Positions 25,850-38,972 of a DNA stretch of 64,000 bases are shown here, one piece after another; positions within the stretch are counted from its first letter, which is position 1; every line of letters starts with the position of its first letter. Source of the stretch: Octopus sinensis (Eukaryota); contig NC_043001.1 of assembly GCF_006345805.1 (NCBI RefSeq), positions 122,512,001 to 122,576,000 of the forward strand, written 5' to 3'. The translations under genes and the position numbers were made by a program. The notes beneath the pieces are model-generated. The model saw nothing but the letters and a program-made list of their open reading frames with translations. It was not told where the DNA came from and searched no databases.

Positions 25850-26686
25850 TAAGATGAAGTCGTTTTTGGTGGACCAACCACAAACGACTTCAGGTAGATG
25901 GCCCTGCTCGATCTGTAAAAAAGGTGTAGGTAGAAACTCTATAAGGTGCACCAAGTGTAAGCTATGGACACATAAGAGGTGCAGCAATGTCAAAGGAAGG
26001 CTAACTAAGAAAATAGTTTTTGTCTGTGGCAGATGCTCAAGAGAAATAAACACTGGAAATGTGCAGAGACCAACTTCTACCACGTTCCAGGGAGACAAAC
26101 TAGAAGTAGTTGATAGCTTCCGCTACCTAGGAGACCAAGTCAGTAGGGGGGTGGGTGTGCTGAAAGTGTAACTGCTAGAGTAAGAATAGCCTGGGCAAAG
26201 TTAGAGAGCTCTTACCCCTGCTGGTGACAAAAGGCCTCTCGCTAAGAGTAAAAGGCAGACTATATGATGCGTGTGTACGTACAGCCATGCTACATGGTAG
26301 TGAAACATGGGCCGTGACAGCTGAGGATATGCGTAAGCTTGCAAGAAATGAAGCCAGTATGCTCCGATGGATGTGTAATGTCAGTGTTCATAAATCGTCA
26401 GAGTGTAAGTACTTTGAGAGAAAAGTTGAACCTAAGAAGTGTCAGTTGTGGTGTGCAAGAGAGACGGCTGCGCTGGTATGGTCATGTGACGAGAATGGCT
26501 GAAGATAGTTGTGTGCAAAAGTGCTACACCCTAGCAGTTGAGGGAACCTGTGGAAGAGGTAGACCCAGGAAAACCTGGGACGAGGTGGTGAAGCACGACC
26601 TTCGAACTTTAGGTCTCACCAAGGAAATGACTGAAGACCGAGTCCTATGGAAGTGTGCTGTGCATGAGAGGACCCGGCAGGACTAG
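25850..26686 (+). mobile_element. 5'-truncated RTE-superfamily LINE, ORF2 C-terminal part (two frameshifts)
   Basis: ORFs 25842-26171, 26224-26502 and 26339-26686: C4HC3 finger, LEVVDSFRYLGD, LYDACVRTAMLHGSETW, RRLRWYGHVTRM, RGRGRPRKTW. Confidence 0.92.
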
Positions 26687-29182
26687 TCAGGCCATATCCC
26701 GTGGCCCCTACCTGGGACGTAGTCGATCCACCTGTGCATACCTTCCTTCTTGTGACACTTGTGAAGACCTGCTGAGGCAAGTGAAAATCAATCAAAATAG
26801 ATGAACATCAATGGAATTTGTATCTTTGTGGTACCAGTGCCTGTGGTACCAGTGCCTGTGGTACCAGTGCCTGTGGCACACAAGAAAACCATCCGAACGT
26901 GGCCGTAGCCAGTACCGCATCGACTGGCCTCCATGCTGTGGGAACATGGTGGCACATAAAAACACCATCCGAAGACCCGGCAAGACTAGTCAGGTCATAA
27001 CCCGTGGGCCCTACCTGGGATGTAGTCAGTCCACCTGTACATACCTTCCTTCTTGTGACACTTGTGAAGACCTGTTGAGGCAAGTGAAAATCAAATCAAA
27101 ACAAATCAAAATAGATGAACATCAATGGAATTTGTATCTTTGTGGTACCAGTGCCGGTGGCACACAAGAATCCATCCGAACGTGGCCGTAGTCAGTACCG
27201 CTTGTGGTACCAGTGCCGGTGGCACACAAGAATCCATCCGAACGTGGCCGTAGTCAGTACCACATCACTGGCCATCATGCTGTGGGCACATAACAAACAC
27301 CATCCGGTCGTGGCCGTTCGCCAGCCTCATCTAGCACCTGTGTCGGTGGCACATAAAAAGTAGTCAGTACCGCTTGTGGTACCAGTGCCGGTGGCACACA
27401 AGAATCCATCCGAACATGGCCGTAGTCAGTACCGCATCACTGGCCATCGTGCTGTGGGCACATAACAAACACCATCCGGTCGTGGCCGTTCGCCAGCCTC
27501 ATCTAGCACCTGTGTCGGTGGCACATAAAAACACCATCCGAAGACCCGCAAGACTAGTCAGGCCATAAACCATGGCCCCTACCTGGGACGTAGTCAGTCC
27601 ACCTGTGCATACTTCCTCCTTGTGATACTTGTGAAGGCCTGTTGAGGCAAGAGAAAATCAAAATCAAAATCAAAATCAAAACAAATCAAAATAGATGAAT
27701 ATCAATGGAATTTGTATCTTTGTGGTACCAGTGCCGGTGGCACACAAGAGAAAACCATCCGAAGTGGCCGTAGCCAGTACCGCATCGACTGGCCTCCGTG
27801 CTGTGGGCACATGACAAACACCATCCGATCGTGGCCGTTCGCCAGCCTCATCTAGCACCTGTGTCGGTGGCACGTAAAAACACCATCCGAAGACCCGGCA
27901 AGACTAGTCAGGCCATAACCCATGGCCCCTACCTGGGACGTAGTCAGTCCACCTGTGCATACCTTCCTTCTTGTGACACTTGTGAAGACCTGTTGAGGCA
28001 AGTGAAAATCAAAATCAAAACAAATCAAAATAGATGAATATCAATGGAATCTGTATCTTTGTGGTACCAGTGCCGGTGGCACACACTTTGTGGTACCAGT
28101 GCCGGTGGCACACAAGAGAACCATCCGAACGTGGCCGTAGCCAGTTCCGCATTGACCGGCCTCCGTGCTGTGGGCACGTAACAAACACCATCCGATCATG
28201 GCCGTTCGCCAGCCTCATCTGGCACCTGTGTCGGTGGCACATAAAAACACCCTCCGAAGACCCGGCAAGACTAGTCAGTCCACCTGTGCATACCTTCCTT
28301 CTTGTAACACTTGTGAAGACCGGTTGAGGCAAGTGAAAATCAAATCAAATCAAATCAAATCAAAATAGACAAAATAGATGAACATCAATGGAATTTGTAT
28401 CTTGTGGTACCAGTGCCTGTGGCACACAAGAAATCGATCAGTGCTGTAGTCAGTGCGGTGGGCACATGACAAACACCATCCGATCGTGGCCATTCGCCAG
28501 CCTCATCTAGCACCTGTGTCGGTGGCACATAAAAACACCATCCGAAGACCCGGCAAGACTAGTCAGGCCATAACCCATGGCCCCTACCTGGGACGTAGTC
28601 AGTCCACCTGTGCATACCTTCCTTCTTGTGACACTTGTGAAGACCTGTTGAGGCAAGTGAAAATCAAATCAAAACAAATCAAAATAGATGAACATCAATG
28701 GAATTTGTATCTTTGTGGTACCAGTGCCGGTGGCACGTGGCACACAAGAAAACCATCCGAACATGGCCGTAGCCAGTACCGCATCGACTGGCCTCCGTGC
28801 TGTGGGCACGTAACAAGCACCATCCGATCGTGGCCATTTGCCAGCCTCATCTGGCACCTGTGTCGGTGGCACATAAAAACACCATCCGAGCGTGGCCGTC
28901 TGCCAGCCTCGTCTGGCACCTGTGTCGGTGGCACATAAAAAACACCATCTGAGCGTGGCCGTTTGCCAGCCTCGTCTGGTACCTGTGTCGGTGGCACATA
29001 AAATCACCCACTACACTCTCGGAGTGGTTGGCGTTAGGAAGGGCATCCAGCTGTAGAAACACTGCCAGATCTGACTGGACTGGTGCAGCTTTCGGGCTCC
29101 CCAGACCCCAGTTGAACCGTCCAACCCATGCTAGCATGGAAAGCGGACGTTAAATGATGATGATGATGATGATGATGATGAT
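26661..29182 (+). repeat. Tandem array of LINE-terminus plus subrepeat units, ending in the module A core and (GAT)n
   Basis: gtgaag(a/g)cc(t/g)g(t/c)tgaggcaag at 26761, 27064, 27631, 27982, 28313, 28637; core at about 29000-29150; tail 29155-29182. Confidence 0.95.
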
Positions 29183-29711
29183 TATGCTTAGTTGTTCTTT
29201 CCTAGAATAACTACCATCTAGAATTCCTTCCTTGCTTATATTTTTTCCTGTAACCATTAATTTGCAACTATAGGAATGTTTATTGAGACCCCGTTCGGTC
29301 ATGACTGACTGTAAGATTGCACCTAGAAAGTTACACTCCCAGGCACAAGTCCGGGCAAGGTTGTTTATGGAAGACCAGCAGTCACCCATGCATACCGGCC
29401 TTCCCTCTCCATGCCACTGATGTTATCCAAGGGAAAGGCAACAGCAGATACAGCTTGGCACCTGTGATGTTGCAACTCATTTCTACAGCTGAGTGAACTG
29501 GAGCAATGTGAAATTAAGTGTCTTGCTCAAGAACACAACACGCAGCCCAGTCCAGGATTCGAAGTCACAACCTCACAATCGTAAGCTTGACGCTCTAACC
29601 ACTGAGCCATCAATACTATAAAATTCAGAGAACCAATAAAGGCCTTTGGCACTAGCATTTCCTTCAGATCAAACTAATGAAAAACAAAAGAAATAAAAGC
29701 TTCTACATAAT

Positions 29712-30065
29712 CACTGTCGTCATCATTGAACGTCCGCTTTCCATGCTGGCATGGGTTGGATGGTTTCACTGACGGCTGGCAAGCCAGAAGGCTGCACCAG
29801 GCTTCAATCTGACAAAGTTTCTACAGCTGGATGCCCTACCTAACACCAACCACTCCGAGAGTGTAGTGGGTGCTTTTTATGTGCCACTGGCATGGGACCA
29901 GTCAGCCAGCACTAGCATCAACCACACTCAAATGGTGCTTTTTACATGCCACCAGCACAGGAGCCAGTCAGGTGGCACTGGCAACAATCATGCTCGAATG
30001 GTGCTTCTTATGTGCCACTGGCACAGGACCAGTCAAGCAGCACTGGCATCAACCACATTTTCAAA
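29712..30065 (-). mobile_element. Module A copy
   Basis: Core plus about 3 subrepeats. Confidence 0.82.
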
Positions 30066-30701
30066 AATTTACACTACCAACAAGGATTTCATGGATGGTA
30101 GTGAGTGCAACATTAGCAGACAAAGAAACATTGGTTGCAGCTATAAACCACTGGAGAATGTAGGAGTTTAAGAAAAACGCATCCCAAGCATGAATCACCT
30201 CAGTTAATGAAATCAAAATCTATAAAAACTGTAAATGAAATCTAATCTGGTTCAGCTATACTTGGAGCCTTTATATGAAATCCAACATTTCAGATTGGAT
30301 TTCATACAAATTTTCTAAACTGATGATGATGATTGTTGTTGTTGTTGTTGTTGTTAAGCAACAAGACGGATAAGGGTGATTGGGTGATGGTCTAGGGCTT
30401 AGGGGCGGGAGACCCCAGACCTTGAGAAAAAAAAACTTTGGTTGTTTTGTAGTCGAGGGCTCTTTGTTGACGCCCGACACCACTGGGATGTGGCCCTCAA
30501 AGTCACTGGAAATGGAGATCTCCAGGTCCAAATTCTTGAATGGCTGATGATGACGATGGAAGTGGTGGTGATGATGATGATGGTGATGATGGGGTATGAT
30601 TAGAGGGAAATTTGACTGTTATTTCTAACAGGTCAAAATGATGTATAGAGGTTTCCTTTTTGGTTCTTGTGCTGTTTCTTAATTTCTAAAGCAATTATAA
30701 C

Positions 30702-30897
30702 CTTTGTGGGAAATATCCTTTGGAGAAAAAAACGTCTGATATTGGGGTAGAGATGGCTATCCGCAAGTGCCAGCCTTGTGAGTGAGAGTGACTGTTTCAG
30801 CACATCTCCCTCGCCAGCCTCTCTGAGACAGCACCTTTTCCATTTTGTCTGCTGGGACCATGAGGCAGTGTGACAAATCTTTTTAGATGTTACTCTG
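30702..30897 (-). CDS. Candidate internal exon of an unidentified gene
   Basis: Strong acceptor tctttcctcttcctcacAG; one frame open for 65 codons (RVTSKKICHTASWSQQTKWKRCCLRE..HLYPNIRRFFLQRIFPTK) to AAG/gttata. No homolog recognised. Confidence 0.35.
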
Positions 30898-31821
30898 CTG
30901 TGAGGAAGAGGAAAGACATAATGATTTAGGCAGAGCCTTTCACATCATTTCATTAAGCATTTTGTCTGAAACATGTTAGTAAAATTTATAATAAACACGA
31001 ACATTTTTTGAAAAAAAAAAGAGGAATGAAAGCTTGATAAAAAAGAAAATATTTATTTATATTTCAATATACATTAGAATATAATATTAGCTGATAAATA
31101 TTTCTTACAGCTTCATATAATATATATACATATAAAATTTATAGTTGGAAAACAAATAATTAAAAGAACATGATTTTATAAGGGATATTTCAATGAAATC
31201 ATAAATTATGTTGGAAATATGTGTACTGTTAGCTTCATTTCTGTCAGATTAATTAACACTTTGGTTAAAAAAAAACTCCAATTATTTTGAGATGTATTGT
31301 AAAATAATTGCACCCTCTGGATGATTTTATTTTGTTTATATATACAACCCGGATTTTGTGAACCATAGCAACGCTGGTTAGAGGTTTCTAATGGGCTAAT
31401 CACTAGTTCAATGTATTTCCATTTGTGAGAACGGTAAGGGTGTGTTTCTGCAATTTGGGCGGAATAAATGCAAAGTGTTTTTGTGACGCATTAATTTCTT
31501 GGCAATTTTGGTTATGTGTATGTCATTACCCAAATTACACATACGGATACACATGATAAGCTTATGAATGTACTAGTAGTGTGGTTGTAAGTTCTGGGAG
31601 CACCAATTGTGTGAAACAGGTTCAATTTCTGCCTGAGCCATTTCACTTCACATTACTGGAATTTCAGCAACTAGAGTGTGTGTGTGTGTATACATACACA
31701 TATATATATACATACATACATATATACATATATATATATTTAGAGAGAAAAAGAGAGCAATAGGTTGACAGAAAATGGATACAGAAATATATATACTTGT
31801 ATTTATTTATATATATAAAGT

Positions 31822-31860
<39 letters not shown>

Positions 31861-32303
31861 GCATTTACACATTTATACATGTATATATAAATGTGTAGAT
31901 ATGCATACAAATCTATCTATTTGTCAACACACACACATAAAATTTTTGTTTAATCACATAATGTAATAGCTATGTTTAATAATAGCTCAGTTTAGTTGAC
32001 CACTAAAACTCCAGCTTGGACTGCAACTACAAAGAGGTGGTGTTGAAGCTGCCAATCAAAGATGGCTAGAAGTAGTGGGTAGATATATATTAGGGACAGA
32101 GAATGAACAAGAAAAAACATGTGGTGTCACTCTAGAGCTAGCTAAGCATACAGATTATATGTTATTGTGTAAAGATTACCATGTAAACTAACTATTCTGT
32201 CATCGGAGAAAGAGAAGTACAGAATATCCTTAATCAAGGATATTAGTAGTTACCAGTTTGTCAGTAATATGTGTGTGTGTATGTATAAGACATTTGTTTT
32301 ATA

Positions 32304-32540
32304 AAGGGTGTTCAAAACGTCTCTCCGCAGTAAATATTTTATTGCAAAATAAATATTCATAAGACGGTATAAGACTACTAAAGAATATATTAGACTTTAC
32401 AAGACTTTAAAAAAACTTTATAGGAGGTGTTGAAAGTGTCGTCCTTCATTTCCGATACATAAAATTAAAATTATTTTTTACTGCCATGTGAGCACTTCCT
32501 AGGCTGAGATTTACTGTGGAGAAATTCTTTGAACACCCTG
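32304..32540. mobile_element. Tc1/mariner-type MITE
   Basis: TA-(c/a)agggtgttcaaa..ctcc(g/a)cagtaaat TIRs, about 237 bp. Confidence 0.78.
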
Positions 32541-32817
32541 TATATACTGATTGCTTTTATGGTTGCATTTTCAGATGCTAGCATGGGTTTGGGGCATTGT
32601 TTTAACAGTCAGACGACTATCCTGTTGATAAACCTTACTTGGTTTTCCAAGGAGCCTGTAGAAAAGGAGAAGCAAAAAGAACTTGGGAAGGAGTAGTGAA
32701 AGCTAATTTCAGAAGGTTAAAACCTGATGAAAGACATGACAATGAACTAACAAGGGGCAAAAGCTTAAACTAGAGAAGATCCATCCAGTCCATGGATGCA
32801 TGGAAAAACAAGTGTAA

Positions 32818-33165
32818 ATCATCATCATCATCATCATCATTGTTCGACCGTGGTCGAGACAATGTAATTTACCATGCTACGCCAGACTTCACGGTCCATC
32901 ATGGCATTACGGAGGTCCTGTTGCTGGATGCCTGTATCCCTGGAGATTACATCAGGGTAGGAGAGTGTGCGCCCTCCGGTATTGCGAGTAGATGGCTTCC
33001 AGAGGAGAAGAGTAGAAATTACCTCTTTTTCAGCTCTACAACAATGTCCAGCAAACTGGACTCTCCTACCTTTCACAAGAGATGACACAGGTGGTAGTTT
33101 CCCATATATTTGCATTTTGGTTGGATGGTGCTTCCACGAGAGATTTTGAGCTCTCATAATGATTT
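32818..33165 (-). mobile_element. RTE-like LINE 3' fragment with (GAT)n tail
   Basis: ORF 32837-33178: LSWKHHPT..RRVQFAGHCCR..LLLWKP..DREVWR, followed by (TGA)n. Confidence 0.88.
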
Positions 33166-36100
33166 TTTTATCTTTCACTAGTAGTCTTTGACCATGACAG
33201 GATACTCATTTCAATATGATTTACTGTCAATTATATTTACGGAGTACTATGATATTTACATCAATCTTCTTGGGAGTTGTAATACTAAGTGGACAATCAT
33301 GTTGTGGTGCACCTGAGCACTGTATACAATAATTTAATTATATATTATATATAAGGGGAGATAATTCAGTCAGACATGATATTTGTTCAAATCTACCTCT
33401 GACACCTACTGATATTAAATTATACTACACGCACACACATACACACACATTCATCATTGTCACCACCATAACTTTTTCATCTCTTCTCCGTGCGGATATG
33501 GGTTGGATTGTCTGAGTCACATCCTATCAGGGGCTTTAGTTACCAGAGACTAAGTGCCTGTATGTGTCATTTGATTTGGTTTCTACAGCTGGATGCCTTT
33601 CCTAAAGCCAACCACTCTACAGTGTGAACAATGGATGGCAGGGGCATTGGTGGATGGGGGGAAGGTCTTATAGGCAGAAAATTTCAATTTAGAGAGAGAA
33701 CAATAACAACAGAAATGGGTATTTGTGAGGTGGGGCGAGTAAGGTGTATAAATAATAAATGCACCCTTTTAAAGCCTAGCCAGGCTCATGGACCCGGTTT
33801 CCCGGATTCAATGGCGTATGTATTCCTCAGCTGGACGGGACGCCAGTCCATCGCAGCGTTACTCACTTTTGCCAGCTGAGTGGACTGGAGCAAAGTGAAA
33901 TGAAGTGTTTTGCTCAAGAACACAATGTGTCGCCCGGTCCAGGAATCGAAACCACAATCTTCCAATCATGATGCTGACACCCTAACCACTAAGCCTCCAC
34001 AAGTAAGGTGTATACATTTACATAAATGGCCGAAGAGGAGAAATGGCGTGAAAGAAGACAAAGAACAATGAAGTCAGAAGGAGCAGAATGAGTAGGTGGG
34101 AAGAAGGAACTAGAGTCCAACCGTGCCTTTCATCCAGCTTTTGGGGTTAATAAAATAAGTACCTGTTCAGTAGTTGGTGGGTTGATGCAATCAACTTACC
34201 CCCTCACTTATTACTATTAATATTTAAAACAATTCGGTCCCATGCAAGTTTCATAGGCTGGTTCCTGGGCCCTCGTTTATTAGCCATCTGGGCTTGACAA
34301 GCTAGGTTCCTGTAACAAGAATGGGGCTGAATCAAAGTCACACTGCTTTAAATAATAACAAATATATATAACGCTTGTGAAAGTGCATGGCTTAGTGGTT
34401 AGGAGTTTTGGCTTATGATTGTAAGATTGTGAGTTCAATTCCCGGTGATGCATTGGGTCCTTGAGCAAGATACTTTATTTCATGTTGCTCTAGTCCAGTC
34501 AGCTGACAAAAATTAGTAGTACGTGTATTTCAAAGGGCCAGCCTTGTTACACTCTGTGTCACGCTGAATCTCCCTGAGAACTACATTAAGAGTACACATG
34601 CCTGTGGAGTGCTCAGCCACTTGCACATTAATTTCACGAGTAAGCTGTTCCATGGATCGGATCAACTGGAACCTGCGTCATCGTAACCGACAGAGTGTCA
34701 GTATATAACTCCTACTAAACATGTTGAGTACCTCTTTCTTTCATTTGTCCACTCACTCATATATAAGTATGTGTGTTTGTGTATATGTGTACATTATATA
34801 TATATACACGTCCAACCCATGCTAGCATGGAGAACGGATGTTAAACGACGATACACATACATACATACATACATTTATGTGTGTGTGTGTATGTATATAT
34901 CCATTACTGTTGCTTACCGTCCGCCTTCCATGCTAGCATGGGTTGGACTGTTTCACAAGAGCTAACCAGGTAGAAGCCTGCACCAGCCTTCTGTGGCTGT
35001 TTTGGCAGGATTTTTACAGCTGGATGCCCTTCCTAACACCAACCACTCAGCAGAGTTGACTACATATGTATGTATATATATATATATATATATATATCAG
35101 ATTGGAGTCTGGTGCAGCCATCTGGTTCACCAGACCTCAGTCAAATTGTCCAACCTATGCTAGCATGGAAAGCGGACGTTAAACAATGATGATGATGATA
35201 TATGGATATACAATAGAATCATCTGTATTTTTAAACTCTGGGCTGATTCTGTTTCATTGATACACAGAACATCATATACTTACAAACGGTTAGCAACTTA
35301 AGTTTCTACAATGCTTTAATTAAAATCATCTTCAGATTTTTCACTGTTGCCAGTTACATCATCTGAAGAGTGAACGTTTTGTATACCGTCACCACCACCA
35401 GTACAGCACTGTATCTTTGGTTATTTAACTCTCAATAGTCCTCACCAAGTGATATTATTAGTATGACTTAGTCTCAAAAAGAATAAAAAGAAGTACGAAC
35501 ATAGAAATATTTTTTTCAAATATATAATTTTCATATTGTATTTAATGTACATTAAATACAATCATCAACAGTCCAAAGCAATTATTTAATAAAACTCTAC
35601 AGCTTCACAGTATTTTTCCATCCAAGTGATACCTCAAACATTCCAAGCTCTCAGAAACGAAAACAAAAAACAAAAAAAAAGGAAAAGAGTGAAATATATA
35701 AAAGAATTAACAGGATATCAAATAAATGTGTTGTTAGTATGGTACAGCAGATTTTAATAACATTATTTAATAAATTAAGTAACAAGTCTAATATCAACAA
35801 GGAGTTGATATCTCATAAGTCTTTGCATGAAAAAGTGTATAGTATATTTGGAATGTTATTAAGTTCCCAGCTCAAAGAAATTGGGACAATTGGTTGGGGA
35901 TTATGAAGGAACCCTTCTTAATGAATTTTATCTAATATACTCAGTGTAAGTTTTAGGGAGCAAAGCTTGGCACTATGATGATAACTAATAAAGGTTTATG
36001 AGATTATGATAACAGGGTAAACTTGTGGAGACATGACAAAAATTGTATATTATCTTAATGTTAATTTGTTTCCTTTTTATGATGTATCAATAAATATCAA

Positions 36101-36741
36101 ATGTTTAAGGTAGAAATATGTGTGGGTTAGCAGTTGTTAGTAACCAGAAAATTTTCTTAATTTTACTAATTGTGATTTGTTTGAAATCATAGTATCATCT
36201 TTCTGATGTTGAAGTTGTTGATAAAGTTAAGATGCTACTATGATGATAGCCAACAGCTGTTATCTAAATTTGGCCAGCACAATGTGACAGCAGTCAAATT
36301 TCCCATACTAAGCTGCCTTCCCATTCTCTTTTAAAAGGGGATCACATCAGTTATAATGAAAGCTCCCATATAGTTGCTGTACATAATCTCACAACCAAAT
36401 TTCTTTCAGTAAACTGATGACAACTATGTTTCCCCGGTGAAAAATCTCTGGACAATAAACTCCACAGTAAAAACAGAGGAGATAGCAATAGCCAGAAATC
36501 AGACTCTTGATTAGCAACAGGAGTACAATGGGTTTGATATGAGTGTGGCTTGTCAAATGCTAATCACAAAATAAATATTTGCTAAAGTTACAGTATATAA
36601 ATGAATGATGAAGTTGGAAGATCAGAAGAATTAGAAATGTGGAAACAAAATAGCAATCATTGAAAATATGTATAAAAGATGTGTATGTTATGAAACTTAG
36701 GTTGCACAAGTGTTTGATATACTCTGGGAGATATCCATATA

Positions 36742-36868
36742 CAGGGTATCCACAAAGTCTGCATACATGGAGTAAATAAAATCATAACATAAACAATTAA
36801 ATATAAGAAATAATAATTTCTTAAAGTATGTGTTAATCCCCATGTACCCAGACTTTGTGGACACCCTG
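36742..36868. mobile_element. 127-bp Tc1/mariner-type MITE
   Basis: TA-cagggt(a/g)tccacaaagtctg(ca/gg)tacatgg TIRs with TA on both sides. Confidence 0.85.
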
Positions 36869-37195
36869 TAGAACCGAAGAGTACATCATTTCAAAAAAAC
36901 AAATGAAGCAAAAGCATGAATCTGATGGTTTGGAACGAGACTTCTCTTTGGAATCACTGGAGCCAAAGCAGCCCCTTTAACTCCTTACTTATATTTCCAG
37001 AAATGGCTTAGCATCTGTGCTTTTATAATCAATATGATAACTTGCTGTTACTTAAGGAGTGAAAGTCTACAAATACAGGGTTATTCGTTTCCTCCACTGA
37101 GAGAGCAAAATCCTTGAAAGTTAAATCTTTTAAGTATATGCCAGTCACTACATGTTACTAAAACAAAAAATAAATCTTAATTATTATTTTTAATG

Positions 37196-37264
<69 letters not shown>

Positions 37265-38268
37265 ATATAACTTTTTCTCATTTAATACTAATCAGTTAGT
37301 TATTTATCTATAATATGATAAGAAATCAAACTTTTCTTTTTTTTCTTGAAATACTTTCAGAAATTCTGTGTTGTCATTTAACTTAGCAATAAAAACAAAA
37401 CTAGATTGGCTGCTAAATCACTAGGCCATGTATTCTAATTAGATTAAATGCCAGAAATAAATAGAATGCAGAGACAAGGCACAAGCAATAAATGCTGAGA
37501 AGTGATTTCTAGATCACTTCTGATCATTTAACGAGGTTATTGTACACAGTGCTCAAGTGCATGACTATACTGTGGTAGCCCTATCCTTAAATGCTGCTAT
37601 CAAGCTATAAAACAAAGAGTTTCCACCTAAGACAATGAATAAATATATGGTCAACATCTTGATCAAGTGGTCACTTAAAAAAAAAAATCCTAACATTGTT
37701 TGATGCAAAGAGCTCACAGAGGCTAATGAATGGAAAACAAAAAGCAGGCACTTGAAAATATGTGTGTTATAACCTCTTAAAATACCTACATAATTTTGAT
37801 CAGGAGGCAATACTTACCCTCACTTAAACATGGATGTACTGTTAGAACAAGCTATACTGCAGTAGTTAGCATGAGAGAACCTCTCGTGTTGGCTTTTGCT
37901 GCAAAATGCACTCTTGCTAATATCGTTAGTGGAGAGATAAACAATGGTGCATTTTGCAACAAAATGCCAATATGGAAGTTTCTCTCATGGTATTTACTGC
38001 AGTAAAGTTTGTTCTACAGAACATCCACATTTAAATTGGGATAAATATTACCCCTTGGTATTAATATTGCCTCTGTCGCTAATATATAATTTTGATCAGG
38101 TCTGGTAATACAACAGGAAATTAGAAGTCAAAACATGAGTTTATACTTTTTATTTAAATCAACAGAAGTTACAAACTGACTCAAAGGCTAAGAATTTTGC
38201 ACAAAATACGAAATTCTTGGCTCTTGGATAATTTTGTAAATTCTGCCAATCAAAATAAAAAAAGATAC

Positions 38269-38741
38269 TTAATTTTGATGTGATTTAGAGCATAACAATG
38301 AATGATCTTTTGGATATAAGATTCCACTATTTACTTGGTCTATTTTTGTAATATTTTTGAAATTTTGATATTTTCGTAGACATTTCCGATAACCAAATTT
38401 TAATATTGTTATCCAGAATGCCCAAGAGATCAAATAAAATGTGATACTAGCGACACGCATGAATATTGGTATGTGTGGCATCGACAGGTAACAGTAGATT
38501 AGGTTGCTGCCGACTACAATACGTACATAAGTGAAGGTGAGAATAAAAGCAGCATCAACCAAATCTGCAATAGCTGTGTCACGGTTACCAGAATATTTGA
38601 GAAACCATCGACACTGCAACAAGGGATTGCTGATTTCAGATCCGAAGATGGTAGCCACAATTTCTGTGCCGTATGAACCTGTAATCAAGCAGATGGCCAG
38701 GGCAATAATTGATACAAAGTGGTGACACAGCATTGTTTGAC
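38269..38741 (-). CDS. TLCD5: TLC-domain protein 5 (TMEM136-like), coding exon 3 (terminal)
   Basis: Acceptor ttttctgtctttgtAG, phase 1; (G)QTMLCHHF..GTEIVATIFGSEISNPLLQCRWFL..VRIVVG..SWAFW..RKCLRKY; stop at 38269-38271. Matches the remembered human TMEM136 motifs MLAHH, GSELTNPLLQMRWFL. Confidence 0.93.
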
Positions 38742-38972
38742 CTACAAAGACAGAAAAAAAAGAAAAAAATTAGTTTTGCTCCAGCTGGCCACAGCCAAAT
38801 GACTGAAACAAGTAAAAGGTAAAACAAACTTAGGAGTGGCTGTTTATAACTCTTCCCCATGTGTGCAAATCTATAATCTAATAAATTCCATCCATGACCA
38901 TCCTGTTAATTTTATTCAAGCATAGTTACATTTTTCAATGAATCTATTCCTTTTTATGATGGTAGGGTGTGA

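Noticed and set aside
26792-29137. Many overlapping 60-160 aa ORFs and a superficially CRISPR-like repeat pattern
   Set aside because: They arise from the GC-richer tandem units. There are no unique spacers and no cas genes, and the context is eukaryotic.
35337-35600. Possible plus-strand terminal exon (DFSLLPVTSSEE*) with downstream AATAAA
   Set aside because: Short, no linked upstream exon, and equally explained as TLCD5 downstream or UTR sequence.
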